Positions 13,991 through 27,222 of a DNA stretch of 64,000 bases are shown here, piece after piece; the first letter of the stretch is position 1; each line of letters opens with the position of its first letter. The notes below the pieces were generated by a model, which did no database searches, was not told the DNA's origin, and worked only from the letters and a program-made list of their open reading frames with translations. The DNA comes from Eledone cirrhosa (taxonomy: Eukaryota), in contig OZ024740.1 in NCBI GenBank assembly GCA_964016885.1, positions 15,934,001 through 15,998,000 on the forward strand, given 5' to 3'. Both the position numbers and the translations under genes were made by a program.

Positions 13991-15684
13991 GCTGAACATC
14001 AGAAGGTCTTCAGAGAATAAACTGTCAGGAGAGTTGGACAGCAGAAGGTCTTCAGAGAACAAACTCACGGGAGAGCTGGACAGCAGAAGGTCTTCAGAGA
14101 TAAACTCTCGGGAGAGCTGGACAGCAGAAGGTCTTCAGAGAAGAAACTGTCAGGAGAGCTGGACAGTAGGTCTTCAGAGAAGAAATTCTCGGGAGTGCTG
14201 GACAGCAGAATGTCTTTAGAGAAGAAACTCTCAGAAGAGCTAGACAGCAGAAAATGTTCAGAGAAGAAACTGTCAGGAGAGCTGGACAGCAGAAGGTCTT
14301 CAGAGAAGAAACTCTCAGGAGAGCTAGACAGCAGAAGGTCTTCAGAGAAGAAACTCTCAGGAGAGCTGGACAGTAGAAGGTCTACAGAGAAGAAACTCTC
14401 GGGAGAGCTGGACAGCAGAAGGTCTTCAGAGAAGAAACTCTCAGGAGAGCTAGACAGCAGAAGGTCTTCAGAGAAGAAACTCTCAGGAGAGCTAGACAGC
14501 AGAAGGTCTTCAGAGAAGAAACTCTCAGGAGAGCTAGAGAGCAGATGGTCTTCAGAGAAGAAACTCTCGGGGGAGCTGGACAGCAGATGGTCTTCAGCGA
14601 AGAAACTCTCAGAAGAGTTGGACAGCAGAAGGTCTTCAGAGAAGAAACTCTCAGGAGAGCTGGACAGCAGAAGGTCTTCAGAGATGAAACTCTCGGGAGA
14701 GCTGGACAGCAGAAGGTCTTCAGAGAAGAAACTCTCAGGAGAGCTAGACAGCAGAAAATGTTCAGAGAAGAAACTGTCAGGAGAGCTGGACAGCAGAAGG
14801 TCTTCAGAGAAGAAACTCTCAGGAGAACTAGACAGCAGGTCTTCAGAGAAGAAACTCTCAGGAGAGCTGGACAGCAGATGGTCTTCAGAGAAGAAACTCT
14901 CGGGAGAGCAGGACAGCAGAAGGTCTTCAGAGAAGAAACTCTCAGGAGAGCTAGACAGCAGAAGGTCTTCAGAGAAGAAACTCTTAGGAGAGCTAAACAG
15001 CAGAAGGTCTTCAGAGAAAAAACTCTCAGGAGAGCTAGACAGCAGAGGGTCTTCAGAGAAGAAACTATCGGGAGAGCTGGACAGCAGATGGTCTTCAGCG
15101 ATGAAACTCTCAGAAGAGTTGGACAGCAGAAGGTCTTTAGAGAAGAAACTCTCAGGAGAGCTAGACAGGAGAAGGTCTTCAGAGAAGAAACTCTCAGAAG
15201 AGCTAGACATCAGGTCTTCAGAGAAGAAACTCTCGGGAGAGCTGGACAGCAGAAGGTCTTCAGAGAAGAAACTCTCAGGAGAGCTGGACAGCAGAAGGTC
15301 TTCAGAGAAGAAACTCTCGGGAGAACTGGACAGCATAAGGTCTTCAGAAAAGAAACTCTCAGGAGAGCTAGACAGCAGAAGGTCTTCAGAGAAGAAACTC
15401 TCAGGAGAGCTAGACAGCAGAAGGTCTTCAGAGAAGAAACTGTCAGGAGAGCTGGACAGCAGAAGGTCTTCAGAGAAGAAACTGTCAGGAGAGCTAGACA
15501 GCAGAAGGTCTTTAGAAGAAACTCTCAGGAGAGCTAGACAGCAGAAGGTCTTCAGAGAAGAAACTCTCAGGAGAGCTGGACAGCAGAAGGTCTTAACAGA
15601 AGAAACTCTCAGGAGAGCTGGACAGCAAAATGTCTTCAGAGAAGAAACTCTCTGGAGAGCTGGACAGCAGAAGGTCTTCAGAGA
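13035..15684. repeat. ~2.65-kb block, copy 2 of ~4346-6995
   Basis: Near-identical translations (423-aa and 330-aa ORFs) with only a few substitutions. Confidence 0.9.
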
Positions 15685-16582
15685 AGAAACTCTCAGGAGA
15701 GCTAGACAGCAGAAGGTCTTCAGAGAATAAACTGTCAGGAGAGTTGGACAGCAAAAGGTCTTCAGAGATAAACTCTCGGGAGAGCTGGACAGCAGAAAAT
15801 GTTCAGAGAAGAAACTGTCAGGAGAGCTGGACAGCAGAAGGTCTTCAGAGAAGAAACTCTCAGGAGAGCTAGACAGCAGAAGGTCTACAGAGAAGAAACT
15901 CTCAGGAGAGCTGGACAGTAGAAGGTCTTCAGCAAAGAAACTCTCAGAAGAGTTGGACAGCAGAAGGTCTTTAGAGAAGAACTCTCAGGAGAGCTAGACA
16001 GCAGAAGGTCTTCAGAGAAGAAACTCTCAGGAGAGCTAGACAGCAGAAGGTCTTCAGAGAAGAAACTCTCAGGAGAGCTAGACAGCAGATGGTCTTCAGA
16101 GAAGAAACCCTCGGGAGAGCTGGACAGCAGATGGTCTTCAGCGAAGAAACTCTCAGAAGAGTTGGACAGCAGAAGGTCTTCAGAGAAGAAACTCTCAGGA
16201 GAGCTGGACAGCAGAAGGTCTTCAGAGACGAAACTCTCGGGAGAGCTGGACAGCAGAAGGTCTTCAGAGAAGAAACTCTCAGGAGAGCTAGACAGCAGAA
16301 AATGTTCAGAGAAGAAACTGTCAGGAGAGCTGGACAGCAGAAGGTCTTCAGAGAAGAAACTCTCAGGAGAGCTAGACAGCAGGTCTTCAGAGAAGAAACT
16401 CTCAGGAGAGCTGGACAGCAGAAGGTCTTCAGAGAAGAAACTCTCGGGAGAGCTGGACAGGAGAAGGTCTTCAGAGAAGAAACTCTCAGGAGAGCTAGAC
16501 AGCAGAAGGCTTCAGAGAAGAAACTCTTAGGAGAGCTAAACAGCAGAAGGTCTTCAGAGAAAAAACTCTCAGGAGAGCTAAA

Positions 16583-18857
16583 CAGCAGAAGGTCTTCAGA
16601 GAAAAAACTCTCAGGAGAGCTAGACAGCAGATGGTCTTCAGCAAAGAAACTCTCAGAAGAGTTGGACAGCAGAAGGTCTTTAGAGAAGAACTCTCAGGAG
16701 AGCTAGACAGCAGAAGGTCTTCAGAGAAGAAACTCTCAGGAGAGCTAGACAGCAGGTCTTCAGAGAAGAAACTCTCAGGAGAGCTGGACAGCAGAAGGTC
16801 TTCAGAGAAGAAACTCACTGGAGAGCTGGACAGCAGAAGGTCTTCAGAGAAGAAACTCTCAGGAGAGCTAGACAGCAGAAGGTCTTCAGAGAATAAACTG
16901 TCAGGAGAGTTGGACAGCAGAAGGTCTTCAGAGACCAAACTCACGGGAGAGCTGGACAGCAGAAGGTCTTTAGAGAAGAAACTCTCAGAAGAGCTAGACA
17001 GCAGAAAATGTTCAGAGAAGAAACTGTCAGGAGAGCTGGACAGCAGAAGGTCTTCAGAGAAGAAACTCTCAGGAGAGCTGGACAGTAGAAGGTCTTCCGA
17101 GAAGAAACTCTCGGGAGAGCTGGACAGCAGAAGGTCTTCAGAGAAGAAACTCTCAGGAGAGCTAGACAGCAGAAGGTCTTCAGAGAAGAAACTCTCAGGA
17201 GAGCTAGACAGCAGAGGGTTTTCAGAGAAGAAACTCTCGGGAGAGCTGGACAGCAGATGGTCTTCAGCAAAGAAACTCTCAGAAGAGTTGGACAGCAGAA
17301 GGTCTTCAGAGAAGAAACTCTCAGGAGAGCTGGACAGCAGAAGGTCTTCAGAGACGAAACTCTCGGGAGAGCTGGACAGCAGAAGGTCTTCAGAGAAGAA
17401 ACTCTCAGGAGAGCTAGACGGCAGAAGGTCTTCAGAGAAGAAACTCTCAGGAGAGCTAGACAGCAGAAGGTCTTCAGAGAAGAAACTCTCAGGAGAGCTA
17501 GACAGCAGAGCGTCTTCAGAGAATAAACTCTCGGGAGAGCTGGACAGCAGATGGTCTTCAGCGAAGAAACTCTCAGAAGTGTTGGACAGCAGAAGGTCTT
17601 CAGAGAAGAAACTCTCATGAGAGCTAGACAGCAGAAGGTCTTCAGAGAAGAAACTCTCAGAAGAGCTAGACAGCAGATCTTCAGAGAAGAAATTCTCGGT
17701 AGAGCTGGACAGCAGAAGGTCTTCAGAGAAAAAACTCTCAGGAGAGCTAGACAGCAGATGGTCTTCAGCAAATAAACTCTCAGAAGAGTTGGACAGCAGA
17801 AGGTCTTTAGAGAAGAACTCTCAGGAGAGCTAGACAGCAGAAGGTCTTCAGAGAAGAAACTCTCAGGAGAGCTAGACAGCAGGTCTTCAGAGAAGAAACT
17901 CTCAGGAGAGCTGGACAGCAGAAGGTCTTCAGAGAAGAAACTCACTGGAGAGCTGGACAGCAGAAGGTCTTCAGAGAAGAAACTCTCAGGAGAGCTAGAC
18001 AGCAGAAGGTCTTCAGAGAATAAACTGTCAGGAGAGTTGGACAGCAGAAGGTCTTCAGAGACCAAACTCACGGGAGAGCTGGACAGCAGAAGGTCTTTAG
18101 AGAAGAAACTCTCAGAAGAGCTAGACAGCAGAAAATGTTCAGAGAAGAAACTGTCAGGAGAGCTGGACAGCAGAAGGTCTTCAGAGAAGAAACTCTCAGG
18201 AGAGCTGGACAGTAGAAGGTCTTCCGAGAAGAAACTCTCGGGAGAGCTGGACAGCAGAAGGTCTTCAGAGAAGAAACTCTCAGGAGAGCTAGACAGCAGA
18301 AGGTCTTCAGAGAAGAAACTCTCAGGAGAGCTAGACAGCAGAGGGTTTTCAGAGAAGAAACTCTCGGGAGAGCTGGACAGCAGATGGTCTTCAGCAAAGA
18401 AACTCTCAGAAGAGTTGGACAGCAGAAGGTCTTCAGAGAAGAAACTCTCAGGAGAGCTGGACAGCAGAAGGTCTTCAGAGACGAAACTCTCGGGAGAGCT
18501 GGACAGCAGAAGGTCTTCAGAGAAGAAACTCTCAGGAGAGTTAGACGGCAGAAGGTCTTCAGAGAAGAAACTCTCAGGAGAGCTAGACAGCAGAAGGTCT
18601 TCAGAGAAGAAACTCTCAGGAGAGCTAGACAGCAGAGCGTCTTCAGAGAATAAACTCTCGGGAGAGCTGGACAGCAGATGGTCTTCAGCGAAGAAACTCT
18701 CAGAAGTGTTGGACAGCAGAAGGTCTTCAGAGAAGAAACTCTCATGAGAGCTAGACAGCAGAAGGTCTTCAGAGAAGAAACTCTCAGAAGAGCTAGACAG
18801 CAGATCTTCAGAGAAGAAATTCTCGGTAGAGCTGGACAGCAGAAGGTCTTCAGAGAA
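16583..18857. repeat. Tandem duplication of a 1127-bp (27-monomer) unit
   Basis: ORF pairs 16941/18068, 17257/18384 and 17551/18678 are offset by 1127; private variants GAGACCAAAC, TTCCGAG, GGGTTTTC and GACGGC each occur in both copies. Confidence 0.92.
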
Positions 18858-21800
18858 GAAACTCTCAGGAGAGCTGGACAGCAGAAGATCTTCAGAGAAG
18901 AAACTCTCGGGAGAGCTGGACAGCATAAGGTCTTCAGAAAAGAAACTCTCAGGAGAGCTAGACAGCAGAAGGTCTTCAGAGAAGAAACTCTCAGGAGAGC
19001 TAGACAGCAGAAGGTCTTTAGAGAAGAAACTTTCAGGAGAGCTAGACAACAGAAGGTCTTCAGAGAAGAAACTCTCAGGATAGCTAGACAGCAGAAGGTC
19101 TTCAGAGAAGAAAGTCTCGGGAGAGCTGGACAGCAGAAGGTCATTAGAGAAGAAACTCTCAGGAGAGCTAGACAGCAGAAGGTCTTCAGAGAAGAAACTG
19201 TCAGGAGAGCTAGACAGCAGAAGGTCTTCAGAGAAGAAACTGTCAGGAGAGCTGGACAGCAGAAGGTCTTTAGAGAAGAAACTGTCAGGAGACCTGGACA
19301 GCAGAAGGTCTTCAGAGAAGAAAGTCTCGGGAGAGCTGGACAGCAGAAGGTCATTAGAGAAGAAACTCTCAGGAGAGCTAGACAGCAGAAGGTCTTCAGA
19401 GAAGAAACTGTCAGGAGACCTGGACAGCAGAAGGTCTTTAGAGAAGAAACTCTCAGGAGAGCTAGACAGCAGAAGGTCTTCAGAGAAGAAAGTCTCGGGA
19501 GAGCTGGACAGCAGAAGGTCATTAGAGAAGAAACTCTCAGGAGAGCTAGACAGCAGAAGGTCTTCAGAGAAGAAACTGTCAGGAGAGCTAGACAGCAGAA
19601 GGTCTTTAGAGAAGAAACTGTCAGGAGAGCTGGACAGTAGAAGGTCTTTAGAGAAGAAACTGTCAGGAGAGCTGCACAGCAGAAGGTCTTTAGAGAAGAA
19701 ACTCTCAGGAGAGCTAGACAGCAGAAGGTCTTCAGAGAAGAAAGTCTCGGGAGAGCTGGACAGCAGAAGGTCATTAGAGAAGAAACTCTCAGGAGAGCTA
19801 GACAGCAGAAGGTCTTCAGAGAAGAAACTGTCAGGAGAGCTAGACAGCAGAAGGTCTTTAGAGAAGAAACTGTCAGGAGAGCTGGACAGCAGAAGGTCTT
19901 TAGAGAAGAAACTGTCAGGAGACCTGGACAGCAGAAGGTCTTCAGCAAAGAAACTCTCAGAAGTGTTGGACAGCAGAAGGTCTTCAGAGAAGAAACTCTC
20001 AAGAGAGCTAGACAGCAGAAGGTGTTCAGAGAAGAAACTATCAGGAGAGCTGTACAGCAGAAGGTCTTCAGAAGAGAAACTCTCAGGAGAGCTAGGCAGC
20101 AGAAGGTCTTCAGAGAAGAAACTCTCAGGAGATCTAGACAGCAGAAGGTATTTAGAGAAGAAACTCTCAGGAGAGCTAGACAGCAGAAGGTCTTAAGAGA
20201 AGAAACTCTCAGGAGAGCTGGACAGCAGAAGGTCTTCGGAGAAGCTCTCGGGAGAGTTGGACAGCAGAAGGTCTTCAGAGAAGAAGCTCTCAGGAGAGCT
20301 AGACAGCAGAAGGTCTTCAGAGAAGAAAGTCTCAGGAGAGCTGGACAGCAGAAGGTCTTCAGAGAAGAAACTCTCAGGAGAGCTGGATAGCAGGAGGTCT
20401 TCAGAGAAGAAACTCTCGGGAGAGCTGGACAGCAGAAGGTCTTTAGAGAAGAAACTCTCAGTAGAGCTAGACAGCAGAAGGTCTTCAGAGAAGAAACTCT
20501 CAAGAGAGTTGGACAGCAGAAGGTCTTCAGAGAACAAACTCACGGGAGAGCTGGACAGCAGAAGGTCTTCAGAGATAAACTCTCGGGAGAGCTGGACATC
20601 AGAAGGTCTTCAGAGAAGAAACTCTCGGGAGAGCTCGATAGCAGAAGGTCTTCAGAGAAGAAACTCTCGGGAGAGCTGGACAGCAGAAGGTCTTCAGAGA
20701 AGAAACTCTCGGTAGAGCTGGACAGCAGGTCTTCAGAGAAGAAAATGTCAGGAGAGCTGGACAGTAGGTCTTCAGAGAAGAAACTCTCGGGCGTGCTGGA
20801 CAGCAGAAGGTCTTTAGAGAAGAAACTCTCAGAAGAGCTAGACAGCAGAAGGTGTTCAGAGAAGAAACTGTCAGGAGAGCTGGACAGCAGAAGGTCTTCA
20901 GAGAAGAAACTCTCAGAAGAGCTAGACAGCAGGTCTTCAGAGAAGAAACTCTCGGGCGAGCTGGACAGCAGAAGGTCTTCAGAGAAGAAACTCTCAGGAG
21001 AGCTAGACAGCAGAAGGTCTTCAGAGAAGAAACTCTCAGGAGAGCTGTACAGCAGAAGGTCTTCAGCGAAGAAACTATCAGGAGAGCTGTACAGCAGAAG
21101 GTCTTCAGAAGAGAAACTCTCAGGAGAGCTAGGCAGCAGAAGGTCTTCAGAGAAGAAACTCTCAGGAGATCTAGACATCAGAAGGTCTTTAGAGAAGAAA
21201 CTCTCAGGAGAGCTAGACAGCAGAAGGTCTTAAGAGAAGAAACTCTCAGGAGAGCTGGACAGCAGAAGGTCTTCAGAGAAGAAACTCTCAGGAGAGCTAG
21301 ACAGCAGAAGGTCTTCAGAGAAGAAAGTCTCAGGAGAGCTGGACAGCAGAAGGTCTTCAGAGAAGAAACTCTCAGGAGAGCTGGATAGCAGGAGGTCTTC
21401 AGAGAAGAAACTCTCGGGAGAGCTGGACAGCAGAAGGTCTTTAGAGAAGAAACTCTCAGGAGAGCTAGACAGCAGAAGGTCTTCAGAGAAGAAACTCTCA
21501 GGAGAGCTAGACAGCAGAAGGTCTTCAGAGAAGAAACTCTCAGGAGAGCTAGACAGCAGAAGGTCTTCAGCGAAGAAACTCTCAGAAGAGTTGGACAGCA
21601 GAAGGTCTTCAGAGAAGAAACTCTCAGGGGAGCTAGACAGCAGAAGGTCTTCAGAGAAGAAACTCTCAGGAGAGCTGGACAGTAGAAGGTCTTCAGAGAA
21701 GAAACTCTCGGGAGAGCTGGACAGCAGAAGGTCTTCAGAGAAGAAACTCTCAGGAGAGCTAGACAGCAGAAGGTCTTCAGAGAAGAAACTCTCAGGAGAG

Positions 21801-24800
21801 CTAGACAGCAGAAGGTCTTTAGAGAAGAAACTGTCAGGAGAGCTGGACAGCAGATGGTCTTCAGCAAAGAAACTCTCAGAAGAGTTGGACAGCAGAAGGT
21901 CTTCAGAGAAGAAACTCTCAGGAGAGCTAGACAGCAGAAGGTCTTCAGAGAAGAAACTCTCAGGAGAGCTAGACAGCAGAAGGTCTTCAGAGAAGAAACT
22001 CTCAGGAGAGCTAGACAGCAGAGCGTCTTCAGAGAAGAAACTCTCGGGAGAGCTGGACAGCAGATGGTCTTCAGCGAAGAAACTCTCAGAAGAGTTGGAC
22101 AGCAGAAGGTCTTCAGAGAAGAAACTCCCAGGAGAGCTAGACAGCAGAAGGTCTTCAGAGAAGAAACTCTCAGAAGAGCTGTACAGCAGAAGGTCTTCAG
22201 AGAAGAAACTGTCAGGAGAGCTGGACAGCAGATGGTCTTCAGCAAAGAAACTCTCAGAAGAGTTGGACAGCAGAAGGTCTTCAGAGAAGAAACTCTCAAG
22301 AGAGCTAGACAGCAGAAGGTCTTCAGAGAAGAAACTCTCAGGAGAGTTGGACAGCAGAAGGTCTGCAGAGAAGAAACTATCAGGAGAGCTGTACAGCAGA
22401 AGGTCTTCAGAAGAGAAACTCTCAGGAGAGCTAGGCAGCAGAAGGTCTTCAGAGAAGAAACTCTCAGGAGATCTAGACAGCAGAAGGTCTTTAGAGAAGA
22501 AACTCTCAGGAGAGCTAGACAGCAGAAGGTCTTAAGAGAAGAAACTCTCAGGAGAGCTGGACAGCAGAAGGTCTTCAGAGAAGCTCTCGGGAGAGTTGGA
22601 CAGCAGAAGGTCTTCAGAGAAGAAACTCTCAGGAGAGCTAGACAGCAGAAGGTCTTCAGAGAAGAAAGTCTCAGGAGAGCTGGACAGCAGAAGGTCTTCA
22701 GAGAAGAAACTCTCAGGAGAGCTGGATAGCAGGAGGTCTTCAGAGAAGAAACTCTCGGGAGAGCTGGACAGCAGAAGGTCTTTAGAGAAGAAACTCTCAG
22801 GAGAGCTAGACAGCAGAAGGTCTTCAGAGAAGAAACTCTCAGGAGAGCTAGACAGCAGAAGGTCTTCAGAGAAGAAACTCTCAGGAGAGCTAGACAGCAG
22901 AAGGTCTTCAGCGAAGAAACTCTCAGAAGAGTTGGACAGCAGAAGGTCTTCAGAGAAGAAACTCTCAGGGGAGCTAGACAGCAGAAGGTCTTCAGAGAAG
23001 AAACTCTCAGGAGAGCTGGACAGTAGAAGGTCTTCAGAGAAGAAACTCTCGGGAGAGCTGGACAGCAGAAGGTCTTCAGAGAAGAAACTCTCAGGAGAGC
23101 TAGACAGCAGAAGGTCTTTAGAGAAGAAACTGTCCGGAGAGCTGGACAGCAGATGGTCTTCAGCAAAGAAACTCTCAGAAGAGTTGGACAGCAGAAGGTC
23201 TTCAGAGAAGAAACTCTCAGGAGAGCTAGACAGCAGAAGGTCTTCAGAGAAGAAACTCTCAGGAGAGCTAGACAGCAGAAGGTCGTCAGAGAAGAAACTC
23301 TCAGGAGAGCTAGACAGCAGAGCGTCTTCAGAGAAGAAACTCTCAGGAGAGCTGGACAGCAGATGGTCTTCAGCGAAGAAACTCTCAGAAGAGTTGGACA
23401 GCAGAAGGTCTTCAGAGAAGAAACTCCCAGGAGAGCTAGACATCAGAAGGTCTTCAGAGAAGAAACTCTCAGAAGAGCTAGACAGCAGATCTTCAGAGAA
23501 GAAACTCTCGGTAGAGCTGGACAGCAGAAGGTCTTCAGAGAAGAAACTCTCAGGAGAGCTGGACAGCAGAAGGTCTTCAGAGAAGCTCTCGGGAGAGTTG
23601 GACAGCAGATGGTCTTCAGCAAAGAAACTCTCAGAAGAGTTGGACAGCAGAAGGTCTTCAGAGAAGAAACTCTCAGGAGAGCTGGACAGCAGAAGGTCTT
23701 CAGAGACGAAACTATCGGGAGAGCTGGACAGCAGAAGGTCTTTAGAGAAGAAACTGTCAGGAGAGCTAGACAGCAGAAGGTCTTCAGAGAAGAAACTGTC
23801 AGGAGAGCTGGACAGCAGAAGGTCTTTAGAGAAGAAACTGTCAGGAGACCTGGACAGTAGAAGGTCTTTAGAGAAGAAACTCTCAGGAGAGCTGGACAGT
23901 AGAAGGTCTTCAGAGAAGAAACTGTCAGGAGACCTGGACAGCAGAAGGTCTTTAGAGAAGAAACTCTCGGGAGAGCTGTACAGCAGAAGGTCTTCAGAGA
24001 AGAAACTGTCAGGAGAGCTGGACAGCAGATGGTCTTCAGCAAAGAAACTCTCAGAAGAGTTGGACAGCAGAAGGTCTTCAGAGAAGAAACTCTCAAGAGA
24101 GCTAGAGAGCAGAAGGTCTTCAGAGAAGAAACTCTCAGGAGAGTTGGACAGCAGAAGGTCTGCAGAGAAGAAACTATCAGGAGAGCTGTACAGCAGAAGG
24201 TCTTCAGAAGAGAAACTCTCAGGAGAGCTAGGCAGCAGAAGGTCTTCAGAGAAGAAACTCTCAGGAGATCTAGACAGCAGAAGGTCTTTAGAGAAGAAAC
24301 TCTCAGGAGAGCTAGACAGCAGAAGGTCTTAAGAGAAGAAACTCTCAGGAGAGCTGGACAGCAGAAGGTCTTCAGAGAAGCTCTCGGGAGAGTTGGACAG
24401 CAGAAGGTCTTCAGAGAAGAAACTCTCAGGAGAGCTAGACAGCAGAAGGTCTTCAGAGAAGAAAGTCTCAGGAGAGCTGGACAGCAGAAGGTCTTCAGAG
24501 AAGAAACTCTCAGGAGAGCTGGATAGCAGGAGGTCTTCAGAGAAGAAACTCTCGGGAGAGCTGGACAGCAGAAGGTCTTTAGAGAAGAAACTCTCAGGAG
24601 AGCTAGACAGCAGAAGGTCTTCAGAGAAGAAACTCTCAGGAGAGCTAGACAGCAGAAGGTCTTCAGAGAAGAAACTTTCAGGAGAGCTAGACAGCAGAAG
24701 GTCTTCAGCGAAGAAACTCTCAGAAGAGTTGGACAGCAGAAGGACTTCAGAGAAGAAACTCTCAGGGGAGCTAGACAGCAGAAGGTCTTCAGAGAAGAAA

Positions 24801-27222
24801 CTCTCAGGAGAGCTGGACAGTAGAAGGTCTTCAGAGAAGAAACTCTCGGGAGAGCTGGACAGCAGAAGGTCTTCAGAGAAGAAACTCTCAGGAGAGCTGG
24901 ACAGCAGAAGGTCTTCAGAGAAGAAACTCTCAGGAGAGCTAGACAGCAGAGGGTCTTCAGAGAAGAAACTCTCGGGAGAGCTGGACAGCAGATGGTCTTC
25001 AGCAAAGAAACTCTCAGAAGAGTTGGACAGCAGAAGGTCTTCAGAGAAGAAACTCTCAGGAGAGCTAGACAGCAGAAGGTCTTCAGAGAAGAAACTCTCA
25101 GGAGAGCTAGACAGCAGAAGGTCTTGAGAGAAGAAACTCTCAGGAGAGCTAGACAGCAGAGCGTCTTCAGAGAAGAAACTCTCGGGAGAGCTGGACAGCA
25201 GATGGTCTTCAGCGAAGAAACTCTCAGAAGAGTTGGACAGCAGAAGGTCTTCAGAGAAGAAACTCCCAGGAGAGCTAGACAGCAGAAGGTCTTCAGAGAA
25301 GAAACTCTCAGAAGAGCTAGACAGCAGATCTTCAGAGAAGAAACTCTCGGTAGAGCTGGACAGCAGAAGGTCTTCAGAGAAGAAACTCTCAGGAGAGCTG
25401 GACAGCAGAAGGTCTTCAGAGAAGAAACTCTCGGGAGAGCTGGACAGCATAAGGTCTTCAGAAAAGAAACTCTCAGGAGAGCTAGACAGCAGAAGGTCTT
25501 CAGAGAAGAAACTCTCAGGAGAGCTAGACAGCAGAAGGTCTTTAGAGAAGAAACTTTCAGGAGAGCTAGACAACAGAAGGTCTTCAGAGAAGAAACTCTC
25601 AGGATAGCTAGACAGCAGAAGGTCTTCAGAGAAGAAAGTCTCGGGAGAGCTGGACAGCAGAAGGTCATTAGAGAAGAAACACTCAGGAGAGCTAGACAGC
25701 AGAAGGTCTTCAGAGAAGAAACTGTCAGGAGAGCTAGACAGCAGAAGGTCTTCAGAGAAGAAACTGTCACGAGAGCTGGACAGTAGAAAGTCTTTAGAGA
25801 AGAAACTGTCAGGAGAGCTGGACAGCAGAAGGTCTTTAGAGAAGAAACTGTCAGGAGAGCTAGACAGCAGAAGGTCTTCAGAGAAGAAACTGTCAGGAGA
25901 GCTGGACAGCAGAAGGTCTTTAGAGAAGAAACTGTCAGGGGACCTGGACAGTAGAAGGTCTTTAGAGAAGAAACTCTCAGGAGAGCTGGACAGTAGAAGG
26001 TCTTCAGAGAAGAAACTGTCAGGAGACCTGGACAGCAGAAGGTCTTTAGAGAAGAAACTCTCACGAGAGCTGTACAGCAGAGGGTCTTCAGAGAAGAAAC
26101 TGTCAGGAGAGCTGGACAGCACATGGTCTTCAGCAAAGAAACTCTCAGAAGAGTTGGACAGCAGAAGGTCTTCAGAGAAGAAACTCTCAAGAGAGCTAGA
26201 CAGCAGAAGGTCTTCAGAGAAGAAACTCTCAGGAGAGTTGGACAGCAGAAGGTCTGCAGAGAAGAAACTATCAGGAGAGCTGGACAGCAGAAGGTCTTCA
26301 GAGAAGAAACTCTCGGGAGAGCTGTACAACAGAAGGTCTTCAGAAGAGAAACTCTCAGGAGAGCTAGGCAGCAGAAGGTCTTCAGAGAAGAAACTCTCAG
26401 GAGATCTAGATAGCAGAAGGTCTTTAGAGAAGAAACTCTCAGGAGAGCTAGACAGCAGAAGGTCTTAAGAGAAGAAACTCTCAGGAGAGCTGGACAGCAG
26501 AAGGTCTTCAGAGAAGCTCTCGGGAGAGTTGGACAGCAGAAGGTCTTCAGAGAAGAAACTCTCAGGAGAGCTAGACAGCAGAAGGTCTTCAGAGAAGAAA
26601 GTCTCAGGAGAGCTGGACAGCAGAAGGTCTTCAGAGAAGAAACTCTCAGGAGAGCTGGATAGCAGAAGGTCTTCAGAGAAGAAACTCTTGGGAGAGCTGG
26701 ACAGCAGAAGGTCTGCAGAGAAGAAACTCTCAAGAGAGTTGTACAGCAGAAGGTCGTCAGAGAACAAACTCACGGAAGAGCTGGACAGCAGAAGGTCTTC
26801 AGAGATAAACTCTCGGGAGAGCTGGACATCAGAAGGTCTTCAGAGAAGAAACTCTCGGGAGAGCTGGATAGCAGAAGGTCTTCAGAGAAGAAACTCTCGG
26901 TAGAGCTGGACAGCAGGTCTTCAGAGAAGAAAATGTCAGGAGAGCTGGACAGTAGGTCTTCAGAGAAGAAACTCTCGGGCGTGCTGGACAGCAGAAGGTC
27001 TTTAGAGAAGAAACTCTCAGAAGAGCTAGACAGCAGAAGGTGTTCAGAGAAGAAACTGTTAGGAGAGCTGGACAGCAGAAGGTCTTCAGAGAAGAAACTC
27101 TCAGAAGAGCTAGACAGCAGGTCGTCAGAGAAGAAACTCTCGGGAGAGCTGGACAGCAGATGGTCTTCAGAGAAGAAACTCTCAGAAGAGCTAGACAGCA
27201 GAAAATGTTCAGAGAGAAACTG

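Noticed and set aside
23443-26733. Cys-rich (TFCC) metal-binding or keratin-associated-like protein on the minus strand
   Set aside because: It is simply another frame of the satellite; common variants are non-synonymous in it and there is no recognisable domain.
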